DNA of 63,993 bases, filler included, from Sanchytrium tribonematis (lineage: Eukaryota), in the NCBI GenBank assembly GCA_018985235.1. It is 13 parts of 13 records of this genome, joined end to end, with 100 filler letters (N's around TTAATTAATTAA, not from the genome) between each part and the next. Parts side by side here need not be neighbours in the genome. Positions count along the whole stretch, not along the records: positions 1 to 19,060 come from JADGIG010000105.1; positions 19,161 to 21,483 come from JADGIG010001073.1; positions 21,584 to 23,906 come from JADGIG010001074.1; 10 more parts are not named here. One strand, 5' to 3'. The notes beneath the pieces are model-generated. The model was given only the letters and a program-made list of their open reading frames with translations, did not search any database and was not told the DNA's origin. The number at the start of each line of letters is the position of its first letter. Position 1 is the stretch's first letter. Both the position numbers and the translations under genes were made by a program. Below, one piece after another: positions 10,248-22,512 of this stretch.

Positions 10248-11907
10248 TCACCTTATCGTTTTTTTCCGACTTAATGTGGCAGATTTTTCTTCAGCCTTTT
10301 GCAGCGTTTCACCACTTCCACTGCGTTCTATTGTGGAGAATATTCTCATGAATCCTTCTATATGAAACTGAAATACCTTTTGCTTTATCGCCAATTGCGC
10401 TAGGCCTCCTCAAAGTAGCAGTTTTCGATTTTTTAAAATTATTGTACGAGTTTAAAATACTCGTAAGTTGCTCAAACAGCCTACGTATGGCGTTACTGGT
10501 ATCTGGGTTTTCACTGATTATGAGTTCCAGACCTGGGAGAGAATTTAACAAAAATGTTATAAAATCCTCAGTGATCGGAATTTTGTCATCTTCAATACTT
10601 GAAACTTGTGACAAAGTAAATAAACTCGCACTGGCATCTCTATCTTGCTTTGAAGATACCGATACTTCATGAACAAATTCCTTTATCTTTGCTTTGTTTT
10701 CTGAATTCAATGAAAGTCGTGCCAATGTGGTTGGCTTGTCAGAAGATTTAGCTAGATCTAACTCATTACACATACTTACCAACGCCCTCCCTATTTGAAT
10801 GAGCCCTCTCATTTTATTAGGTGGAATTTCAATAGAAATAATATGCTGCTGTACTGGATTAGTTATGGCAGGTACAAATATGCGAAGAAAAAGAAAGCTG
10901 GCTAGAATAGTATCTACAATAGTATTTGCCACAGCCTTGGATCGCTTCCGATGGGTGTTTTTACCATGAACTTTAGTTCTCCTAAGTGTAGATTGCCTCC
11001 TCTCTTCAAAACTTGCGGACTCTTCTTCCTCTTCTGTTTTTATTTCAGGGGATTTAGGTTCTTCAAAAATTTCGGATTGAGCAGCAAAATTCTTTCTAAC
11101 TGACGTTTTTCTAGCCAACGAAGCTTTCCTTTGTATATTTGGTCCACCTATATCTCCAATTTCCTCCTCAGCTTCCTCTTTTAACAGATCAGTAAGGCCA
11201 CCATCTGAGTTTTTTATACTCTCTCTTCTTTTCAATCCTGAGTGCTGTAAATCTTGTTCAACATCCTCTTCAGACATTTTTGTAAGTGCTGCTGTAATTT
11301 TAATCCTCAAAACGGTACAAACTCTAAGTATTGGCTCTGGCACATTATCGACATTTGAAACAACTGCGTTAACAATTCGATTCACTTCAATTTGTATGAT
11401 TTTTTCGGCTCTTTCTTTACCTTCTTTGTCACCATCATCTACTTGTAATAGATCTAAAGATGGAATCATCTGTTCAATAACGACCCCAAAGACAGATTTG
11501 AAATATTCTTCACAGTTTTCCTTAATATATTGTAAAATCATTAACATTATTAAAGAATTATCTCTAAGAACGTTTTTCATATCCTGAACGCTTTCAATTT
11601 TAGAGTAGTGTGACTGCACCTTTTTTTCTAATAGTTGGAAAATAAAATCTTCCAGTCTTTCTTTGCAAGCAAAATGTATAATGTCCATGAAACTTTTAGA
11701 TGGTTGGGAAGTATCGCTTATTTTTGTATTACTCGCTATGAAAGCTGAGAGACATAAATTGTCTTCCAATAAAACTGTTAAGATTTGGCGTTTGTGGTGA
11801 TTTAACGTGTTTTTTTCCGAGTTCTCCATAGCTTCAATCAGCGTCGCGGAATTATCTCGATGTAATTCTTTTTCTTTACGTCTTAATGTACCGCTTCTTT
11901 GAGACAT
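10248..11907 (-). CDS. RasGAP-domain protein, probable 19-nt intron at 10358-10376
   Basis: LRDNSL arginine-finger region and FLFLRIFVPAITNP RasGAP signature. The consensus intron GTATTTCAGTTTCATATAG gives an alternative end ...LSRKKTIR-stop. Confidence 0.8.
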
Positions 11908-12120
11908 TTTTTAAAAGTGGGTAACTTTGAGTCGAATTTTAAATGCAACACGCGTTAACATAAATAAAGATAGTTGATGAGTTTAACAAGAAAGAATGGA
12001 AGTAAAACCGGACGTGGGTAAATCTTAGTGCAAGTAACTTTGTAATTTTTCAACTACCAATCAGATTTTCTGATTTGACCAATTTCAACTATATCAGAAG
12101 ACGTAGACCAACCAGCCAAA

Positions 12121-12507
12121 ATGTTGCACATTTCAATATTATTCGCTCAGGCCAACTCACAATTGGGTACATCATCGCATCTAGATGTAAATTCAGTTTC
12201 AGAGCTTTTACCAAAAGATGTTAGCTCAAAAATGTCAGCTATTAAAACTGCGATGAACAATAATAATAAGATTTCCCAAGACGACATTGACAAAATTCAG
12301 CAAGAAGAAAGCGACAAAATTCAAGCCCTGATCAAACAAAAGCAAGCTGAAATGGCCCCACCGCCTCCCCAACAACCGTCTCAAGCGGGTACCCCAATGG
12401 AGCCATCACATAAAGATAACGATGGTCCCTCTTATCATTCAATGTTCTCTTCTTCACCTACGATGACTATCTCTTTAATCGTACTCTCTTTGTTGAGTAT
12501 TTTTTGA
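12121..12507 (+). CDS. Small secreted, probably GPI-anchored protein
   Basis: Hydrophobic N-terminus, Pro/Gln-rich linker, Ser cluster followed by a hydrophobic C-terminal tail. Confidence 0.6.
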   Translation: MLHISILFAQANSQLGTSSHLDVNSVSELLPKDVSSKMSAIKTAMNNNNKISQDDIDKIQQEESDKIQALIKQKQAEMAPPPPQQPSQAGTPMEPSHKDNDGPSYHSMFSSSPTMTISLIVLSLLSIF

Positions 12508-12512
12508 GGGCC

Positions 12513-14367
12513 ATGTCAACTTGGAATCAAATAAAAATTCTTCAGCGATTATTCTACAAATTTTCAAGGCACGAAGAAATTGACATGAATAGCCTAGACC
12601 AAATACTTATAAATTTGAGTAGCCCTTTTCCAAAATCCTGGTGTAATGACTATTTTACAAATTACACTATTGGTAAAAATGAATTTATTGATTTTATTTT
12701 AAATGTATATAACCCTAAAAGAAAGGAGTGGATAAAATCACTAAATCAGATATTCCTATTATTCAAAGATGGTAAAATTGCTTCTTCTGAATTTTATAAA
12801 AATATCGCCCATATCTTGTCAATTGGCGAATTTGAGAAAATTGAAAAGCTCATAACTCAAATGAAATTTAATGAGGTATTGGAACTACTTTTGCTAGATG
12901 ATATTTTAAATTTTAACTCGGGCTTGGCAGTTGAATTGGCAAATTCTCCTTGTATTAGTTATGCGTCCCGTCTGTTGAAGAAAATTGTTGAATTTTCTGA
13001 CTTCTCAATTTCAGTAGAAGGAAGCTATACAATAGAAATTACTTTATTGCATGAAAGCAAAGCAACTCACATATTTTCCAAATTCTGTGATTCAAGACTT
13101 CAATTTGAATTTCAATTGTCGCCAGGTATATTAGTTGATATCATTACAAATGCTCTATATCAACAAGCTTCTATTGAAATTTTAGACCTAAATGGTATTG
13201 TATTATTTTTTCAAAATATATCTCTGTCGGAATTTTTTTTTGAAAAATCCATTAAACGAAATCATACATTGATTATGGAATCAAATATAGAGGGGAATTG
13301 TGTGATTCAATTTGAATACCGTGATTACACCCAAGACAAATATTGCTTCGAGCAATTATTCGATGCATTTCAAATCACTTTGAGGCAGTCACAATATTCA
13401 AAATTAAAAAATATCAACAGAAACTTATCAAAAAAATTAGATAGTTTGTATCAGACTTACCCATCAAAAACGTTTCCGGTTCTTTGGATGTTTGAGGAAA
13501 ATCAAACTCTAATTACCGATATAATCACCTGCCATGAAAATGACAGTATTCTTATTCATAAGCAAGCAGAAACTTTCAGTTTCACGCTTTCAAACAAGCT
13601 TGCCTATAGCTTAGATTCCTTGGATATAATTTCAAAATTAAAACATCTGGAATCTAAAAACGTTATGCTTGAAAGGAAAGGTGGTTTTAAGGGTCACCAT
13701 ATTTCTATTTTTATCAGATCGATTCGAGAATGCTATCAGGAGAGGCGCATGTCTGCTTTAGAAAGTGTGATACATGCTTTTGGACACCAAGAATATCGAG
13801 GTTCGGAATTAGTTTTGGGTTGGAAAAACGGCTATCCTATGGGATCAATTGTAAAGCTGGACCAAGTGATTCACTCTGGTATAGTTGAAAATAGAACAAA
13901 CATTGAAAACATTTACGACGAAATATCAATTATTGTAACTGATTCATTACTTTATTTTTTTACAGGAAATTGGTAATACTTGTTAATTTAGTAGCCAATA
14001 CTTGTCACTAAAAACCAAATATCTCATTCCTATCAACGAACACAAAATGAATTTGGGGCGCCATAGCTGCAGCAATTTGCGAATTGTACCGCCTTTAAAT
14101 TCCGAGATTGAAATTATTTTATTGACAAAAATCAAATATTATAGACGATCTCTAGGCTTGGATTTCAAATGGGATAGATCCACGTCAATGGGTATCACTT
14201 GTAGGGGCAGACCTGGACTTGTGGAAATTCATTGTTCCACACTAGATATAGAGCTAATGTTTGAAAGGATTTTAAGATCAAGAATTTTGAATCTTGATGG
14301 AGTATATATATTCAAGGCGCACCTTGTACGTCACTGGTGTGTCATCATTGGTCGGACTGAAAACTGA
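12513..14367 (+). CDS. Hypothetical protein (~610 aa), 2 exons, 19-nt intron at 13973-13991
   Basis: ORFs 12504-13976 and 14002-14367 are joined in frame by removing GTAATACTTGTTAATTTAG. Confidence 0.7.
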
Positions 14368-14487
14368 AATAAAATTTTAAGACTTCCAATCACATGATCC
14401 AATCACCAATTTTCTGGTATTGGCTCATGTCCAATCAAAATCTAACATGAACCCATAAAAAGCGGTATCCCCACAATACAGAACTTA

Positions 14488-15150
14488 ATGACTGCTCAAC
14501 GTTACGAATACTTATACACAGACAGCACTCCAGATAGCGTCAAATGTGCAAAATGTCACGAAATCCCTGAACGTGTCTATCGTGACTGCGAATTGGAATT
14601 ACTTTTCTGCCAAAACTGCAGAAGTCGAACTTCAATGTATGACACTTACCTTCAACACATTTTGGACCAATGCTTAGTCATGTGTCCAAACACAGACTGC
14701 GACCTTATTTGCAAACGTGGAGAATTATTGGTGCACTTGGCTGAACAATGTGAAAAACAAATCATGCCGTGTGAAAATAGTGACGTCGGATGCAAATGGT
14801 TTGGAAAGAGACAAGAACACGAAGATCATGAATGCCAGTTTGATTTCATTGCTTCAACTTTAAGATCTATGAAAGAATCTATATTTGATTCTTCAAGTTT
14901 AACAAGAGAGAATGAGATGCTGAGAAAAAGAATTGAAATTTTGGAATCCAACGCCTACAAGGTTCCTGCAGTTATTGCTGCACCATTTTCCAATGAAGGA
15001 TATGTTGAGGAAACTGTCGAATACTCCCCTCCTTTGATTATCAAGAAAAAAAGAGTTATGACTGAAAAACCTATTCGTGAGGATATGATGACAATTCATG
15101 ATAAGATTTTATCTGAATTGCAACAACGTTTAAAACTTCGAGTTAACTAA
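14488..15150 (+). CDS. RING-like plus TRAF-type zinc-finger protein with coiled coil
   Basis: CAKC...C...FCQNC, then CPNTDC...HLAEQC and CENSDVGCKWFGKRQEHEDHEC. Confidence 0.8.
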   Translation: MTAQRYEYLYTDSTPDSVKCAKCHEIPERVYRDCELELLFCQNCRSRTSMYDTYLQHILDQCLVMCPNTDCDLICKRGELLVHLAEQCEKQIMPCENSDVGCKWFGKRQEHEDHECQFDFIASTLRSMKESIFDSSSLTRENEMLRKRIEILESNAYKVPAVIAAPFSNEGYVEETVEYSPPLIIKKKRVMTEKPIREDMMTIHDKILSELQQRLKLRVN

Positions 15151-15176
15151 ATAAATTTATTTCATTATTTCAAAAC

Positions 15177-15395
15177 TTAATATCCTGAACTGATAATTAA
15201 TAGTATGCTCGTAATTGCATGGTAAGTCATTTCTTCCGAATCAGATACTACATTTCTGTCTGTGTTAGTAGTGTAATTGAAAGCAACTAATATTGGAATT
15301 GAAAGGTCTCGATTGGGGTCAAGCCACCTACTTTCTTCTGCAGTCAAATTAGAACCGAAAATTAGGTAGCAGAATATCAAATTTAGAAATCTCAT
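15177..15395 (-). CDS. Small hypothetical secreted/membrane protein (72 aa)
   Basis: Signal-like N-terminus and hydrophobic C-terminus; fills the gap between two genes. Confidence 0.45.
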   Translation of the reverse strand: MRFLNLIFCYLIFGSNLTAEESRWLDPNRDLSIPILVAFNYTTNTDRNVVSDSEEMTYHAITSILLIISSGY

Positions 15396-15419
15396 CGCGA
15401 CGTGCTTTTAAAAAAAAAT

Positions 15420-16612
15420 TTACTTCGTTGAAGACAAAACAAGAGCAATTCCTTGACCACCTCCAATACAAGCCGATGCTACTGCATATTGAGCATTCCC
15501 TTGAGCAATTTGGTGGCTTAAAAATCCTACAATTCTTCCACCACTAGCACCTAGGGGATGGGCCAAAGCGATTGCACCTCCTGCAATATTTGTTTTTGAC
15601 CTATCTAATTTCAGAACTTTTTCAACTGCCAAGTATTGTGCAGCAAAAGCTTCATTGACTTCAATTAAATCTATCTGGCTAAGATTCAAATTGGCCTTTT
15701 TCAAGGCAATTGGAATAGCTTTGGCAGGGCCAATTCCCATCAATGTTGGCTCAACTCCAACAACAGACCAGCTAAGAATTTTTGCCAATGGCTTAAGTCC
15801 ATGATTTTCCACCATTTCTTTTGAGGCAACTAAAATCGAGGCAGCTCCTAAATTATTTCGAAAATACCATCGCCGATGCCACTCGAACCGCCTGCCGTGA
15901 CCACACCATCTTTCTTGAAAATTGGGCGCAATTTCTTCAAACCTTCTATGGTAGTTTCAGGCCTTGGATGCTCGTCTTTTTCAAAAGAAATTTCGCCTTT
16001 TTTAGTTTTTAATGTAATTGGCACTATTTCATTCTTAAATAAACCTTTTTGATTTGCATTTTTCCATCTTGTTTGAGATTGTAAAGAGTATTCATCACAA
16101 GCATCTCTTGAGATCCCATGCTCCTTTGCAAGATTCTCAGCTGTAACTGCCATTGGTGTTTTTGCATAGGTATCAGTCAAGGCAGACCACAAAGTATCTT
16201 CGAATACATGGTTTTGACCAAGCTGTGTTCCGAATCGTGTTCCTCTAACGGAAAAGGGCGCCTGAGACATTGATTCTGTACCACCAGCAAGCACTAGTTG
16301 TGCATCTTTGGCAGTTATTTCATGACAAGCCTGAATAATCGATTGTATACCACTTCCACACAATCTATTAACTGTAACTGCAGGCACATTAATATTACCA
16401 GTAGCATGTAATGCGAGATGTCGAGCTAGATAAGGCGCATCACCAGATGTTTGCTGAACATTCCCATAAACGCAACTATCAATATGTTTCGCCAACTCTT
16501 TTGTTTTCTTAGAAATCGATTTGACGGCCAAATCGGTTGCAGACAGATTTTTCAAAGAACCACCGAAAGTACCAAATGCTGTTCTAGATGCATCAACGAT
16601 ATACCAGCTCAT
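15420..16612 (-). CDS. 3-ketoacyl-CoA thiolase (ACAA2-like), 2 exons, 20-nt intron at 15848-15867
   Basis: NRLCGSG, GGTESMS, NEAFA, GGAIALAHPLGASG, CIGGGQG. Splicing restores the conserved GIGDGAASILVAS. Confidence 0.95.
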
Positions 16613-16826
16613 GCGAAAACCTCAAACAAATGTCTCCGTTTGACAATATTCTTAATTGACATTGTGGGTGCATCCTTGGTTATAAATTACCCCAAAACAA
16701 AAAAATATGTAAGTCACAGGAATGAAAATGCAGAGCTTGTTCTTGTCACAATAAACAAGCATAATTTATATAATTTTTGGGATCCCCTTGATACTCTGCT
16801 GTTTTTTGATAACTATTATTTTAATA

Positions 16827-17607
16827 ATGGAACTCAGAGCGAATAACATATCATTCAAAACAATCCATGATATGTCTTTAACTATGAACGAGGAGGACAA
16901 ATTTCGAAAATGTCTGAATCTTGCAAAAACTCTAGACTTTAATCAATTATCATTTGCCGTCAATGCCATAGTATTTATATATGTTAGTTATACAAACGAA
17001 CATCCATTTATCCCATTTTTTGATCAGCTTTTGCAAAAGAAATACGAAAATCAAGGAACTATTCATTATTTATTACACATGCTTTCTCTCAAAGACTATC
17101 TATCTCTTTCCACAAAAGATATAATGGGTCATTCCATGAAATTTAAAAAGAAAGATTATGCACACGAAACTACTTCTACCATAGAAAAAATCAAAGAATT
17201 TGAATTAATGTATACTCCTGAAAGGGTGCAACTTGATCAAGATAAAGAACAGAGGTTATTTAACTACTCACAATCCCTTAATACCAACCTCTATATATTA
17301 AACAAATGGACACCATGTTCGCTTCAGCTTGCCGATCACTTAATACAAAATCTAGAATCTCAAAAGATGCCATTTCCCTTTATAAAACAAGTGATATATC
17401 TATGGTGCCAAAATGAACAACCTAACGATGTGATTGTTGTATCTTGTATATCCAGGATTGTCTCTAATTCGAAGTTTCAATATTGGATAGGTATTTCAAA
17501 TTAATTTAGACAGCGAATTTACAAATATAGTTAAACCGTATTTGCTGGCTAGATCGCATATCCCCCAAGCAACAGAGTTGTATAAAGTTATCAGTAAATC
17601 CAACTAG
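16827..17607 (+). CDS. Divergent CNOT11-like CCR4-NOT subunit, 19-nt intron at 17491-17509
   Basis: The spliced end VKPYLLARSHIPQATELYKVI resembles the CNOT11 C-terminus; upstream PFIPFF and VSCISRIV also fit. Start codon uncertain. Confidence 0.6.
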
Positions 17608-17651
17608 ACGCCCCAATCTTGTCGAATATAGGTCTCCTTGAAACAATTTTT

Positions 17652-19060
17652 ATGTCGTTTTTTATTGGTTTGATGGTGGGGGTTCTCTTGGCCTACCTAA
17701 TTCCTGTATTTCTTATTTACAGACTGCCAAAAGATAAAGTTTTAAAATACTCGGAACAAGAAGCTGCTTCTCAAGTTGTATTAAATACAATGACTTGTAG
17801 TTGCATTGTTAATAATACACCATGCACAATCCAATTACATAAAGGAACATTGTTAATGTCATCCATGCACAAATCTTGTGATGTGGCTAATTCTAAAATT
17901 TATTATCATAATGAAATATTAATTATTCAATCCCATGAACTATTTGTTATTAAATTTTTAAGTTACGAAGAAATGTGGGTTTGGTATATGGCATTAATAC
18001 AAAGAACAAATCAGTACAAAAACTCATCGATGCCAAAAGCATTTTTAAAATTTTATGCACATTCTTCAATGGTAGATCCAAATAATGAGAGTAGAGACTC
18101 TATTTTTAATATTATAGCAGCCAGGCAATTTATTGCGTATGTCCATTCTAGGCATTTTAAGGAATCACAGTTAGCCCATTTTAGTGAAAGATTTAATTCA
18201 AAAATGAAGAGTGATTATTTTCAATCTATCAAAATTACACATTTAGAATACGGGGAGCCTCCGAAATTTCACGATATAAAAGTAGTCGGTTTAGAAGAGG
18301 ATGGGACAGTCATGATTGATGGAAATTTTGAGTATTCTGGTCTACAAATGGTTCTGGAAGTATGTGTAAATTTAAAAGTCCCTGGTTTTAATTATTTCAC
18401 TTCTGCATCAGCTTCAAAAGAAATTACGGATGCCTCACATACGTCAGGATTTCTTCTAAACTTATCTTTTAACTTCACATTAAAAAATTTGAAAGGTAAA
18501 ATGCTTTTCAAGTTTCCTTCGCTTCCAATCAATCATTTATTTTATGGTTTTTATGCCGATCCGATTTTTGAAGTTGCAGTAGAACCAAAGGTATCTAATC
18601 GGCAAGTAAAAATTGCAGTATTGGGAGGTCTATTAGAAAAACGCATTATGTATTTTCATACTTATATAGTGAAATATTTAAAGAATCCATGGTGTTGCCG
18701 AAAATGGAGTCTAGATTATTGTATCCTTTAGAGTTTATACATGATTCACCTGCGCCTCTTGAATTGATTGAAAAAATTAATCATATTGGAGATCAAAAGA
18801 CTCCTGACCTTGTTAGAAGGCTATCTGTTGACGATAAGTCTGACAAAAGGCGAAAGAGCATCAATGACAAGAATATATCTCAATCAGTCGGAGCGAATTT
18901 GGGGTCTGAATTTAAACCGGAAGATATACCAGTTCCTTTGATACAAAGAACGCACTCCACAAAGCCAAGTATTGATAGAAAATTAGAACATGATCATATC
19001 CAAGAAGTTCAACGTAGCCCTGAAGTGACCGAAATCATATCAAAAATGTTTGGCGATAAT
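17652..19060 (+). CDS. TM-PH-SMP lipid-transfer protein (Nvj2/TEX2-like), 20-nt intron at 18650-18669, 3' end truncated by linker
   Basis: N-terminal TM, PH-like EEMWVWYMAL, SMP motifs FNIIAARQF, LKGKMLF, LFYGFYADP. Splicing gives KRIIEIFKESMVLPKM. Confidence 0.8.
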
Positions 19061-19160
19061 NNNNNNNNNNNNNNNNNNNNNNNNNNNNNNNNNNNNNNNN
19101 NNNNTTAATTAATTAANNNNNNNNNNNNNNNNNNNNNNNNNNNNNNNNNNNNNNNNNNNN
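19061..19160. other. Artificial contig linker N44-TTAATTAATTAA-N44 (first of 12)
   Basis: Identical 100-nt spacers at 19061, 21484, 23907, 26330, 28749, 31161, 50249, 52661, 55068, 57464, 59857 and 62244; the core gives stops in all six frames. Confidence 0.98.
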
Positions 19161-19426
19161 ACAATATGGAATATTATCTGTACAATGAGATGATCAAAGG
19201 CGGCACCCTAGTAAAACTTGCTGAAATCAATGCCACGGCCATCAAAGACCTGAAGCCACAGATTTCTGTATGGGGAAATGGTCAAAGTGGAAATTCGATG
19301 CAGCCGATATTGGACTTGGCGACAACAACTGTTCCATTGGTGTCTGCTCTTAGCAAACAGACCGGTCTGGATATTTTGCCTCAAATCTTTAAAAAACAGA
19401 ACTCTTTGGAAAATAACGCATCTTAA
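19161..19426 (+). CDS. Flotillin-like (SPFH) protein, C-terminal fragment, copy 1
   Basis: MIKGGTLVKLAEINATAIKDLKPQISVW...QTG matches the fungal/plant flotillin C-terminus. Confidence 0.8.
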
Positions 19427-19450
19427 TAAAATTTAATTGTATTTATTGCT

Positions 19451-21157
19451 TTACATCCTTTCAACTGGAGTCAAACCGATAAGGACCATTCCTTTGTTCA
19501 AAATATTTTTGGCGCAACTAAACACGACCAACATTTTCAATTTTTCTTCCTCTTTAGCATCTCTCACAATCAATTTCGCTAACAACGAACTGGTCATTTG
19601 GCTAAGTTCCATAACATATCGGATGAGCCCAACAGGTTCAAATACGCTTACTAGTCTGACCAAAACATCTGGAAATTTGATCAAGTGCTTAGCCAAATCT
19701 ATGACTCCTTCATCTAAAGTTGTGAAATCCAAATTAACATCAATTTTCTCTGGAATTTTGAAATCAAAATGGCGTTGCAAAGAGCACAATCTAGCATGTG
19801 TGTATTGTAAATATGGTCCAGTGCTTCCTTCAAATGACAACATTCTATCCCAATTAAAAGTATAATTTAAAATACGTCTGGCTGATAGATCCTGTACAAT
19901 AATTGCACTAAGACCAACCTGATCAGCAATTTGTTTAGGATCTGTTATATCCTTAAACTTATGTTCATTTTTTTTCATGACACTCAATGTTTCTTCTTGT
20001 ACCGCATCTAAAATATCAGAAAGGAAGACTACATCACCTTTTCTTGTGCTCATTCCCTGTATAAGACCAAAAGATATATGCTCACATCTATCGGCAAATG
20101 GTAGTTTTAAATCCTTTAAAATTTGAAATAACTGTCGGCAGTGCAAATCTTGCTGACTAGCAATCAAGTAGTACATTTTATCAAATTTGTATTTTTCAAA
20201 TCTGTCAATGGCTGCAGCAACATCTCTAGCAAGATAAGTGGTAGTGCCATCAGACTTGCGAAACACAACCGTGGACAGCTTTGCACTTTCAAACTCAAGC
20301 AATTTTGCACCTTTGTCGTCTTTACATAATGGCAAAATTAATTTTTCGACTTCAGCCATCTTGGACAAATTATAAAACGACTCACCTGAAAAAACATCAA
20401 ATTTAACATTCAATCTTTCGTACATTTTTATATACATTTCAATCGAAGTTTCTCTGAAACGAGACCAAAGTTCCAAAGCAGCTTCATCTCCTTCTTCCAT
20501 TTTCTTAAAATATTGTCTGGCTTCTTCATGAATTGATTCATCACTAGTAGCATCCTTATTAATTTTTACGTAAACCTCAAATAAATGTTGAATTGGATTT
20601 TCTTTTAAATCTTTCTCACTTCCATATTTTTTAAATCCAATTGCCAAAAGTCCAAATTGTTTACCCCAGTCTCCCAGATAATTCATTCGAACCACTTTAA
20701 AATTATGGTTTAAAAGAATGTTACTAAGTATGTTTCCAATAATTGTGCCTCTCATATGGCCAGCATGGAAGGGTTTAGCGATATTTGGGGAAGAAAATTC
20801 AACAATGCAGGTCTTCCCCGAACCAATATCGGTTTTCCCAAAAGTTGGGGTTTGCAAAATATGATTAAAAATGCAACTGGTGTACCATTTTGGATTAATC
20901 TTAAAGTTTAAAAACGGACCTGAAGTATGAGTTGTGACATTTTCAATTGGTTCGGCAGTGTAGAATTGATTTAATTGGTTGCAAATTTCCATAGGTTGTC
21001 CAAGCTTTAACCGTGGACAAGGAAGTGTCAGGTCACCATGTTCTTTCTTTTTCGGCTCCTCTAGTAATTCAATAACAGAATCAACGGATACTGTAGGAAA
21101 TTTCTTTGTGAGATGCACAGCAATTTTGGACTTAATAATATCAAGTGGGGATCCCAT
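19451..21157 (-). CDS. Arginyl-tRNA synthetase (yeast RRS1/MSR1 type)
   Basis: VEFSSPNIAKPFHAGH (HIGH), NYLGDWGKQFG, GMSTRKG, GPYLQYTHARL, terminal ERM. Confidence 0.97.
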   Translation of the reverse strand: MGSPLDIIKSKIAVHLTKKFPTVSVDSVIELLEEPKKKEHGDLTLPCPRLKLGQPMEICNQLNQFYTAEPIENVTTHTSGPFLNFKINPKWYTSCIFNHILQTPTFGKTDIGSGKTCIVEFSSPNIAKPFHAGHMRGTIIGNILSNILLNHNFKVVRMNYLGDWGKQFGLLAIGFKKYGSEKDLKENPIQHLFEVYVKINKDATSDESIHEEARQYFKKMEEGDEAALELWSRFRETSIEMYIKMYERLNVKFDVFSGESFYNLSKMAEVEKLILPLCKDDKGAKLLEFESAKLSTVVFRKSDGTTTYLARDVAAAIDRFEKYKFDKMYYLIASQQDLHCRQLFQILKDLKLPFADRCEHISFGLIQGMSTRKGDVVFLSDILDAVQEETLSVMKKNEHKFKDITDPKQIADQVGLSAIIVQDLSARRILNYTFNWDRMLSFEGSTGPYLQYTHARLCSLQRHFDFKIPEKIDVNLDFTTLDEGVIDLAKHLIKFPDVLVRLVSVFEPVGLIRYVMELSQMTSSLLAKLIVRDAKEEEKLKMLVVFSCAKNILNKGMVLIGLTPVERM

Positions 21158-21204
21158 TGTAACAAGGAGATTTGCCTTCTTGAAATTGAAACAATGAAAA
21201 TTTA

Positions 21205-21483
21205 CTATTTTGAGGCATTAGGATTGGTACTGCCCTCCAAAGAGTTCTGTTTTTTAAAGATTTGAGGCAAAATATCCAGACCGGTCTGTTTGCTAAGAGC
21301 AGAAACTAATGGAACAGTTGTTGTCGCCAAGTCCAATATCGGCTGCATCGAATTTCCACTTTGACCATTTCCCCAAACAGAAATCTGTGGCTTCAGGTCC
21401 TTGATGGCCGTGGCATTGATTTCAGCAAGTTTTACTAGGGTGCCGCCTTTGATCATCTCATTGTACAGATAATATTCCATATT
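21205..21483 (-). CDS. Flotillin-like protein, C-terminal fragment, copy 2 (inverted near-identical duplicate)
   Basis: Same protein sequence as 19161-19426 up to NSLE, then a different tail. Confidence 0.8.
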   Translation of the reverse strand, partial: NMEYYLYNEMIKGGTLVKLAEINATAIKDLKPQISVWGNGQSGNSMQPILDLATTTVPLVSALSKQTGLDILPQIFKKQNSLEGSTNPNASK

Positions 21484-21583
21484 NNNNNNNNNNNNNNNNN
21501 NNNNNNNNNNNNNNNNNNNNNNNNNNNTTAATTAATTAANNNNNNNNNNNNNNNNNNNNNNNNNNNNNNNNNNNNNNNNNNNN

Positions 21584-22412
21584 TTAGCGTATAATTTATT
21601 CACAGGCGCATTGAATTTCAACAAACCCACCTCGTTATTTCTACAAAATAATGGATTTACAAGTTTGACTATTGCAGATACCAGTGCCCTAAGTATATCA
21701 TCGTGTAATCTGACTAGTAATCCATTTGATATGACGACGTATAATGTATTATCGGGCATTTGTTTGATAGATGTATCCATTTTGGGGCAAATCAAAACAT
21801 CTCAAAGTGATTCCAGTACATTTCCTGCACCAGCCAGGACATCAAATGTTGTTACAACAACAACTACAATTAAAACTACGAATACAGCAACAACAACTAC
21901 TAAAATTGTAAAAGTAGTAACAACTTTTCCAATCAAAATAAATCAACCAACTGCAAATAATATCCAAAATACAAGGTATAATTCAGTATCTGCTGGTCCA
22001 ACCAGTCAATCAACTACTTTCAATGCCATAGAGTCCTCGTTGGAATTTGCCTCCGAGTCAGAAAATATTTTCATCAATGAAATAACATCTCATTAAAACA
22101 ATACCACAAAGAATCTTTTACATGGCTATCAATCCAGAAATGTCAATGAATAATTCTGCATCTCTCTATTTAAATGAAACATTAGAAACAAATTTCACTA
22201 CAAATATGACCATTTATTCAAATATATTAAAATTGAGTGCGAATCAGAATCAAATGACCCAAGTGAATTTATTCGCCATTCTTAGATTACTCATTAGTTT
22301 CTTATTTCTATGCTATATCATGTATTATTTGAAATTTAAGCGATTTCAAAAGAAGAAAATGGAAATCACAAGTTGGTCAGTCACATCCACTCTTGATAAG
22401 CAAACTTATTAA
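21584..22412 (+). pseudogene. LRR receptor-like membrane protein, 3' part, with a frameshift near 22090
   Basis: LNFNKPTSLFLQNNGFTSLTIADTS..CNL parallels the 62344-63707 protein. Thr-rich stalk, then TM and basic tail in another frame; no GT-AG intron at the break. Confidence 0.6.
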
Positions 22413-22512
22413 TAAATTTATACACGAACACGTGTTGCACGTTGCATATCGTTAATTGGTATCATAATTGCGACGACTTCATATTAAAACAATTTATTTC
22501 TCTCATTACCAA

